From: Octopus vulgaris | Taxonomy: Eukaryota | Assembly (NCBI GenBank): GCA_951406725.2 | Contig: OX597832.1 | Span: 37,448,001 to 37,512,000, forward strand | Direction: 5' to 3' | Length of the DNA: 64,000 nt | Part shown: positions 55,147-64,000 of the stretch, in pieces | Numbering within the stretch: the stretch's first letter is position 1 | How the letters are laid out: every line of letters begins with the position of its first letter | The notes under the pieces: generated by a model | What the model was told of the DNA's origin: nothing | The model's input: the letters and a program-made list of their open reading frames with translations, nothing else | The model's database searches: none | Position numbers and translations under genes: made by a program

Positions 55147-55604
55147 TTCTGTCTGTCTGCCTCTCTGTCTGTCTATGTGTATGTGTCTGTGTCTGTATGT
55201 AGATCTGTTGTTTTTTAATGTGCCCATAACCCTATAGTATTATTGTCAGTATTTTCACAATGACATTTATTATTGATATCGGTCAAAGCATGGAAGTTGT
55301 AGTTATTCAGTCTAATTTTTCACACATACTGTCTCAATGACTACGGTATCCAAGTTGAACTATTCTATACAAACGTAAATATTAACTAATTACCATATTG
55401 ACACATTAAATATTTCATACATTGGTCTATGTAACGTACTAAAGTAGGAGATATACGTATTTTAATACGTTTATGTATAACGCATCCGCATTTCTCATAG
55501 AAACGTATAGGCCATGTCAAAACTATGTTACTGCCAGGATTATAGGCTGAGGAGAGGTTGAAGTGAAATATATATTTTTCTTTTATTTGTTTCAATAATT
55601 TGGT

Positions 55605-55812
55605 TGCGACATTTTGGAGCACCGACTTTAAAGGATTTTTAGTGGAAGAAATCAACCACAGCGCTTACTCTTTGTAAGCCTAGCATTCACAAGGCTTTGC
55701 TCGGCCCGAGGCTATAGTAGAAGACACTTGCCCAAGGTGCCAAGTAGATGCACTGAACCCGGAACCATGTGGTTGGGAAGCAAACTTCTTACCACACAGT
55801 TGTGCCTGCGCC
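55605..55812 (-). mobile_element. SINE family B (internally deleted)
   Basis: The head CACAAGGCTTTG...CCTGCGCC is intact. Confidence 0.8.
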
Positions 55813-55998
55813 TTTTTCTGTATAATTTAATTATGAAATATTTCTTGTATTTCTAATTAGTGTTCCCACTCATTGGATTTAGATAATGTGTCGTGTAAAT
55901 TAATCTTAAATGATATTGGTTCGTGATTTTAGTACCTTTTAAAAATTATTTATAATGCAAACTGCAAATGAAAAATAGAAGTGATTGGCACTTCACTC

Positions 55999-56032
<34 letters not shown>

Positions 56033-56220
56033 TAAATAAATGGCACAACAAAGCACCGATATTTACTATATAAAACTATAAATAAGGGTATATGAGAGAT
56101 ACCACCATGCCGAAATAGTAGTCAAGACCCCGACTCTAAAAACCACCTTAAATGTTCATATCGCGTCATGAGATAAGACAGAGAGACAAAATAAACTGGC
56201 AAAAAAGATTTTACTGGATA

Positions 56221-56279
56221 ATTCAAGACCCTGGATTTCTGGCTTTGCTTCAAATAAGCTCTGCCTTCGTCAGTTGAAT
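56221..56279 (-). ncRNA. Hammerhead ribozyme motif in a ~280-bp element (56031-56310) ending at (TA)n
   Basis: ATTCAA-CTGACGA-A-GGC.AGA.GCTT[ATTTG]AAGC.AAA.GCC-A-GAAAT-CCAGG-GTC-TTGAAT. Stem I is 6 bp and the cleavage triplet is GUC. Confidence 0.72.
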
Positions 56280-56329
56280 ATACCAGATGGGTACATAAAT
56301 ACATATATATACAAGACATATAAGCGTTT

Positions 56330-57492
56330 TTACAACCCCCTCTGTTATAATTGTGTTTTATTCACAATTATACACTCTTTTCCGAAAATAAACACCCTGT
56401 TCCGAAGGCGAAGGTCCTTGGATTCATTTTCTCAATACCATGAAAACCAGTAACACCGGGGCAGATGACGTGACTTAGACCAACCCTGGCATTTGGAAGC
56501 CTCTGGTGGGAATGTTTCTGCGATATCAAAGAAAAGACATTTTAAACGTTCGCACATTATAAGGACCGCGCAATTCCTCCAACGGGTCCAAAACATTATC
56601 AATAATCATCCCGGAAAATCAAGGAGGGCCATCACCATCGAACTTTAGGTGTCGGGTGGATTATAAGAACTGAAGTGCACGAGAATATTTTATATAAATC
56701 ATGTGTTAGAGAGAGAGGCCAGTTCGTATTTGTAAGGACACAAGGAGCAAGTTTAATCCATACCGAACGGATAATAAACAAGATCAAAACCCTCGCGAAC
56801 TTGGCCTGCTCACATGAGAAAAACTTTGACCGAGAACGAAAAGACTAACGGGAGAACTGGTCAGTGGTTATATGCAGATCCTTTTAATGCCTCGACGTTG
56901 TTCACACTAAGTTTGAAGAGCCTGTGATGGTTTTAGGAGTGATGAGCATTGAAGGTAATCTCATGCCACCTCACATCTTGCCACAGGGTCCTAGAGTTAA
57001 TGCTGCTAGATACGATATGGTGTCGGAAAGGGTTATTAAGGCCTGGGAGGAAGTAATACGCAGCGAGAGGCTTTTCATGAATTCCATGTAATCTAAGAAT
57101 GAATATTAGAGACAACATTTATGATCATGTAGCATCCAACTTGTGGCCGTAAAATCTGCCACATTTAAATCCCATTAGCTACTATGTCTGATCATTATTG
57201 AAAAGAAAACTAATCGACATCGCCACAGCACCATAACTACACCTTGGCTTCACCCATTATCTAGGTGTTGACCGAATTGAATAAGAACTATTTACTGCAG
57301 GTATATCAAAGATGCCATCCTGCATTGAAACGGTTGCTGAAGCCGAGGTGGGATTCATAGAATAAACTTATATAAGAGATTATGAAGATCAATAGCACAA
57401 ATTTTTATTAAAATATATATAATTTTCTTTTTGACAGATTAAATTTAGTTTATTAAATTACAAAATACGTTCTCAAATACCATTCGCATATT
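56330..57492 (+). pseudogene. Tc1/mariner (maT-like) transposase remnant related to 49290-50416
   Basis: Reads HEKNFD, TKFEEPVMVLGVMSIEGNLMPPHI, LWP*NLPHLNPISYYV and IETVAEAEVGFIE*. Confidence 0.8.
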
Positions 57493-57689
57493 GTATACAT
57501 ACATGCATACATACGTACATACATACTCTGTTCTTGATGATGAAATTCCAATGAAGGAGCCTGGGATCGAGGTTAGAAACCGGTTCTTTCTCTATTGAAA
57601 TGAAATCTTGTAATAAACTGAAAAAGGACATCTATACATACATACATGTGTGTGTGTATCTATATCTAATCCATCCTTCCATTTATCTA

Positions 57690-57996
<307 letters not shown>

Positions 57997-58778
57997 TAAT
58001 CGGCAGAAGTTACAAAGTGACTCAAGAGCTGAGTGCTTCTTGTATTTTCCTGTCTGTATCACCAAACTTATGTATGTGTGTGTGTGTGTGTATTTATGCA
58101 TGTAGACATAAATCTGTATGTATGTATATATGTGCGTGCGTGTGTAAGTGTGTGTGTATGTGTATGCATTCGCGCGCGTATATATGAAATCTTAGTTCTC
58201 GAAATAATAACATTACTTACAGTTTCTGATTGCTTTTGTTAGGACAAAAGCTGATACTACATAAACCAAATGATTACATGCTTACTTATTAGGCATGACA
58301 TCGTATGAAGACAGAAAACGTCTATTTCAAAGATCAAAGCCTTTGATGATGCATAAATAAGGCCGACTTCCAGGCTATTTATACTCGTTCACCTCCATTC
58401 AGCAGATATTTGTAGAGTTTGTAATGAAAACAACCAGCCGCTAGATGGCATAATATGTCATTATGACATCATAAACGGATATTATGATGTCATAACGTCG
58501 ACACACATGAAAAGAAACTGTGTTGCAAGACAAAGAAAGTAAGCAATGAAAGGGGACCACGTGTAGGAACACATGGGATTAAATTAAACGAAACATCAAC
58601 ATGGAGTCCTCCCAGTGATATATATATATATATACGTGGAAAATGAAATAAGTAATGGGTCAACGAGCGAGCGTATACATTCACACACGTGCATACAGGC
58701 GTGAAATACATACATGTATACATACATACGTACGTACGGATGTTTGTTTGTATGTACGTATGTATGTATTTATGTATG

Positions 58779-58835
<57 letters not shown>

Positions 58836-59033
58836 GTAGGCGTGGCTGTGTCGTAAGAAGCCTGCTTTCCACTCACGTAGTTCCAGGTTCAGTTCCACCA
58901 TGTGGCATCTTGGACAAGTGTCTTTGACTATAACCTCAGATTGATCAAAGCCTTATGAGTGTATTTGGTGAATGAAAACTGAAAGAAGCCCATCGTATAT
59001 ATATGTATATATATATGTATGTATGTGCGTGTG

Positions 59034-59109
<76 letters not shown>

Positions 59110-59320
59110 TGTGTGTCTGTGTTTGTTCCCCCAGCATCACCTGACAACCGATGTTGGTGTGCTTACGTTCCCGTAACATTAGCGGTTCAGCAAAAGAGTC
59201 CCATGGGATACGTACTAGGCTTACAAAGAATAAGTTCTGGAGTCAATTTGTTCGAGTGAAGGCAGTGCTCCAGCATAGCCGCAGTCAAATGACTAAAACA
59301 AGCAAAAGAATAAAAGAATA
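58836..59320 (+). mobile_element. Full-length SINE family B with internal (TA)n/(GT)n
   Basis: Has the head GGCGTGGCTGTGTCGTAAG...GGTTCAGTTCC, a CORE-like CTTGGACAAGTGTCTT block and the tail AAAAGAATAAAAGAATA. Confidence 0.88.
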
Positions 59321-59986
59321 TATTCTTCTATCCTTTTACTTGTTTCAGTCATTTGACTGCAGCCATACTGGAGCACCGCCTTTAATCAATACATACGCCT
59401 TTAATCGATAAATAGATGCATACAAGCACGCATACATACATACATACATACATACATACATACATACATACATACATACATACATACATACATACATACA
59501 TACATACATACATACGTACGTACATACATACATACATACATACATACATACATACATACATACGTACATACATACATACATACATACATACATGCATACC
59601 TAATGCTAAATGCAAATCTGAGAGTGTTTCCCTTGTATGAGTCTTAAGATGCTTGGATGGAGCTCACGAGAGCCAAAGACGATTTGGAGAACGTAAACTC
59701 GAGACGGTCGTTTCTGCATGTGTTACTCGCACAATTTTTAAAAGACGGAATATGAGGGTAAACGCTTTGTTTGAAACTCCCGAGAAATGTTTAGATATTT
59801 GCTTAAGCAACAGATAAATCAAGAGAAAACATGTTCAGATTTATCCTGCAGAAGGACCGGAAACATAGAACTCAGAGTACGGAGAGCTACTATCCTTTCT
59901 CGAATAATGTAATAAAGGATACTCTTCGCTTATGCAATTGTATCCTGTCATTTATCGTTTCACGGCGAATCGCAATATATATATAT

Positions 59987-60256
59987 ATCACCATGACCAC
60001 AGTGACCGACCAGGCTATCAGATGTTGCTACACATCGCTGGTCACAATGCGCTTCGCATTGTTTTAGCCTTCAAATGACGCCACCACGCTGGCTAAGCGA
60101 GCAGGCCAACAGAAGAAAGAGTGAGAGAAAGTTGTGGCGAAAGAGTACAGCAGGGATCGCCACCACCCCCTGCCGGAGCCTCGTGGAGCTTTAGGTGTTT
60201 TCACTCAATAAACACTCACAACACCCGGTCTGGGAATCGAAACCGCGATCCTACGA
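59987..60256 (-). mobile_element. SINE family D (head truncated)
   Basis: Shares GGAGCTTTAGGTGTTTTC...GAATCGAAACCGCGATCCTACGA with 42436-42550. Confidence 0.8.
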
Positions 60257-60267
60257 TGTATATATAT

Positions 60268-60348
<81 letters not shown>

Positions 60349-60533
60349 TAGACAGACAGAGAGGTGCAGGTGTGGCTGGGTGGTAAGAAGTATGTTTCCC
60401 AACTAAATGATCTGTGTTCAGTCCCACTGCCTGGCGCCCTGATTGAGCCAGCGTCTTCTATTATAGCCTCAGACCTGGTGAGTGAATTCATTCGACAGAA
60501 ACTGAGGAACCTTGTATATATAGATCATCTCTT

Positions 60534-60584
<51 letters not shown>

Positions 60585-60640
60585 ACATACATACATACAT
60601 ACATACATAATACATACATACATTCATATATATATATATA

Positions 60641-60807
60641 TGACACACTTGCTGGGCATTTCCTCTTTCTGACAGAAGAAGAGCCATGCCCGAAACAACA
60701 CACACCCACTTTTTTTCTATCTTCAACCTTCTCTGAGCCTCAATCTAATACATTCACTCTGTACGTCTTTCCGCCTTCTGTTCTTTTCCTGTTTTCCATT
60801 TTTTAGT

Positions 60808-60811
<4 letters not shown>
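60641..60811 (+). mobile_element. Degenerate H1-like element between (TA)n tracts
   Basis: CAGAAGA-A-GAGC[CAT]GCCC-GAAAC followed by CTGAGCCTCAATCTAATACA, which resembles the H1 tail CTGAGCGCCATACTAATACA. Confidence 0.5.
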
Positions 60812-60849
<38 letters not shown>

Positions 60850-61154
60850 GAATATGCATATAATGGCATAGGCAGTCTGAACCTCCTACCAATGACAGTG
60901 GAGCCTATGTTCAGCCCATGCTATAATTTCTGGGGTCGTTTCCAAAACACAAACGTCCTTCTGGAATTATCTATTGATAATATTTTCGCAAGTGGTCGAC
61001 CGGAAATAAACACACATCTCACCGTAGGAAAACAACTTGCCTCTCATTTCAAGCTATTAGCCTCACGCCGCAAGTCCACGCACTGTATATCTGTGTCTAT
61101 ATGTGTTTATTTATGTACATATGTTTGTATATATCTATAGCTAAACGTGTGTGA

Positions 61155-61211
<57 letters not shown>

Positions 61212-61531
61212 TGTGTGTGTGCATTAGAGGATAACTTTGCTTTGAACTGTTTTGAACACTCCCAAAAGAGGATGCATATACATGCATGCATACATACATA
61301 CATACATACATACATACACACATACATGCATACATACATACACACACAATTAACAGATCATAAATTTATTCATATGCTTATCTGTATATGTGTGTATTTA
61401 TAGATATATGTGTGTGTGTGCGTGTATGTATATATATGTGTGTGTATGAATATGAGTAAATATGTATAAATATGTATATATATATATATATATGCATACA
61501 CATATATAAGTATATGCATATATATGTATAG

Positions 61532-61598
<67 letters not shown>

Positions 61599-61973
61599 TA
61601 TATGTGTGTGTGTGTGTGTGTATGTATAAATACACGTACGTGCATCCATCTGGCGGTACTGTGCCTACATAAAAGCTTGCGTCGGAACCACGTGACCCCC
61701 GTATTCGATCTTAGTTCCAGGCATCTTGGACAGGTGCCCCTTATCACATCTGGTCGATCCGACTGTGCCAGTGGAAGTGACCAACTTCCACTGGTCGTGT
61801 ATTAGATTGGCTCTGCAGTTCGAAGGTCCAGCTCCGTCACACTGTGCCGCGATGGCTCCACCTGTGAGTCACGTTTGTTTGTGTAAGGTGCCACTTTCAT
61901 GTTTATTCAATGAGCAGGTAGTTTAGTTTGGCCGACCGAATAACTGAAAACTTCTCGTCGAAACCGACGAAGA

Positions 61974-62009
<36 letters not shown>

Positions 62010-62055
62010 GTCACCGTCGTCATCATCATCATCATCGTCATCATCATCATCATTG

Positions 62056-62089
<34 letters not shown>

Positions 62090-62274
62090 AATCAATATTG
62101 TTGTTGTTGTATACATACACATACAGCCCCTCTCTCACATACACATACACATTTACGTATAAACTTATCTTCTGTTGCACTGCATGAACTGATAATGGGT
62201 TTCGCAGAACCACCCACGCATAAAATAACAACATCCCCAGTTGTTCGTCTGTCTGTCTCTAAATATTTCTCTTG

Positions 62275-62315
<41 letters not shown>

Positions 62316-62638
62316 TCTTTCTGTTCCGCTCACTCCTCCTGTCTCTCTTCCTTCCTTAACCTTCCTTCCTTTCTCCCTATCACCCTCCTCGATTCTCCGT
62401 ATCTTTAATATAAACCAATTAACCAACCTATATGTATATGTGTATGTATGTATGTATGTATGTATGTATGTATGTATGTATGTATGTATGTATGTATGTA
62501 TGTATGTATGTAGGTGTGTATGTAGGTGTGTATGTATGTATGTATGTATGTATGTATGTATGTATGTATGTATGTATGCATGTTTTTGACCCCAGACAGA
62601 AGATAAATTGTTTTTACTTCAAATTTCTATGAATTCTT

Positions 62639-62681
62639 AATATTTGATGAGATGGGATTCATCATCGAAACCGGTAATATT
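62639..62681 (+). ncRNA. Minimal hammerhead motif (C3U)
   Basis: AATAT-TTGATGA-GATG[GGATTCAT]CATC-GAAAC-CG-GTA-ATATT, with the palindrome ACCGGT. Confidence 0.68.
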
Positions 62682-62827
62682 TTCTTTATATAATCTTTAA
62701 AATCATTTTTATTAAATTCCTTCTAAAATTGAAATGTCTTAGATTTACGTCTGTGCTATTTCCACCTCCATCTTTTATATACACACACACATATATACAC
62801 ACACACATGCACACACACTTAAATATA

Positions 62828-63156
<329 letters not shown>

Positions 63157-63394
63157 ATATATATATATATATGCAAAATTTAGAGGACTGACCACTAAAA
63201 GTGGACAGCCTATATGCTAAACATAGACGTCAAATCGCCATTACCACGAAGAATGTGTTCTCAAGAAAAATCTCAGCAAAAAACCCAAAATGTAAAAATA
63301 AACAAGACAAATGAAAATATACCAAATAAAAAAGCGATTACCTTTATACCATTGGTTTCACCTGTTAATATTTACGTATATGGACACGCGTACC

Positions 63395-63602
63395 CTTGAC
63401 ATAGTTCTCAGGGGGATTCAGTATGACACAGAATGTGACAAAGCCGACCCTTTGAAATAGAGGTGCTACTCATTCTTGCCAGCTGAGTGAACTTGGGCAA
63501 CGTGAAATAAAGTGTCTTGTTCAAGGATCCAACGCGCTACCGGGTATTGAACCCTCGACCTGACGATCGTAAGCCTAATACCCTAACCATTGAACCATGC
63601 AC
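63395..63602 (-). mobile_element. SINE with a family A head and core but a different 3' tail
   Basis: AGCTGAGTGAACT.GG.CAACGTGAAATAAAGTGTCTTG is shared with 160-470; the tail diverges. Confidence 0.75.
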
Positions 63603-64000
63603 TCTCTATCTTTCTCTCTTTCTCTCACTACCATAATAGCACTCCAGCAAGCAACTAACACGTGACTATAACATACCCCAATTCAAATGTGTTAGTAGGT
63701 TATATAAGATACAAAAATCGGCTTTCAAAATATGGCGATCTGTTTCAAAATATGCTTTACCATTGAATACTTTAGTCTAGAGTTTTAAAATTCATTCACA
63801 GAAATTCCTATTTTTGAGAACTTCCAAACTTTCTGGTTGTGTTCGCTAATAAACTTTAGTTTTCTCACTCGTATCTTGTATCTTGTAGTCGTATAAGCAT
63901 TACTTTCATTAAACATGGCTTTTAATGTAATTTTAACATCCATATTTCAAAATTACATGCCTGTAGCCTCACTTGCACGTACACACACACACGCACACAC

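Noticed and set aside
57548-57586. CCAATGA-AG-GAGCCT..AGGTTA-GAAACCGGTTC as a functional ribozyme
   Set aside because: Two core substitutions and no stem I; counted only as a degenerate relic.

Overview
This is animal (metazoan) genomic DNA. It is AT-rich, very dense in microsatellites, and has no recognisable intact host protein-coding gene. The SINE families and repeat landscape look like an octopus (coleoid cephalopod) intron or intergenic region; this is my inference from recognition, not a database result. Nearly all supplied ORFs are translations of (TA)n, (CA)n, (TACA)n or (AAT)n repeats. The real content is four tRNA-derived SINE families and decayed transposons: Tx1/L1-like and R4/Dong-like LINE fragments, Tc1/mariner fragments, hAT-like MITEs, and Penelope-like element (PLE) remnants (one RT piece, two GIY-YIG endonuclease pieces). 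The main signal is about 12 well-formed and several degenerate minimal type-I hammerhead ribozyme motifs from several unrelated short elements. Most lie about 50-310 nt upstream of a (TA)n or TA-rich microsatellite, and several sit in fold-back inverted repeats. They include non-canonical cores, notably a GUGAACA core that corresponds to a compensatory C3G/G8C swap and a family lacking A6. All alignments and folds were done by eye, and boundaries are approximate.
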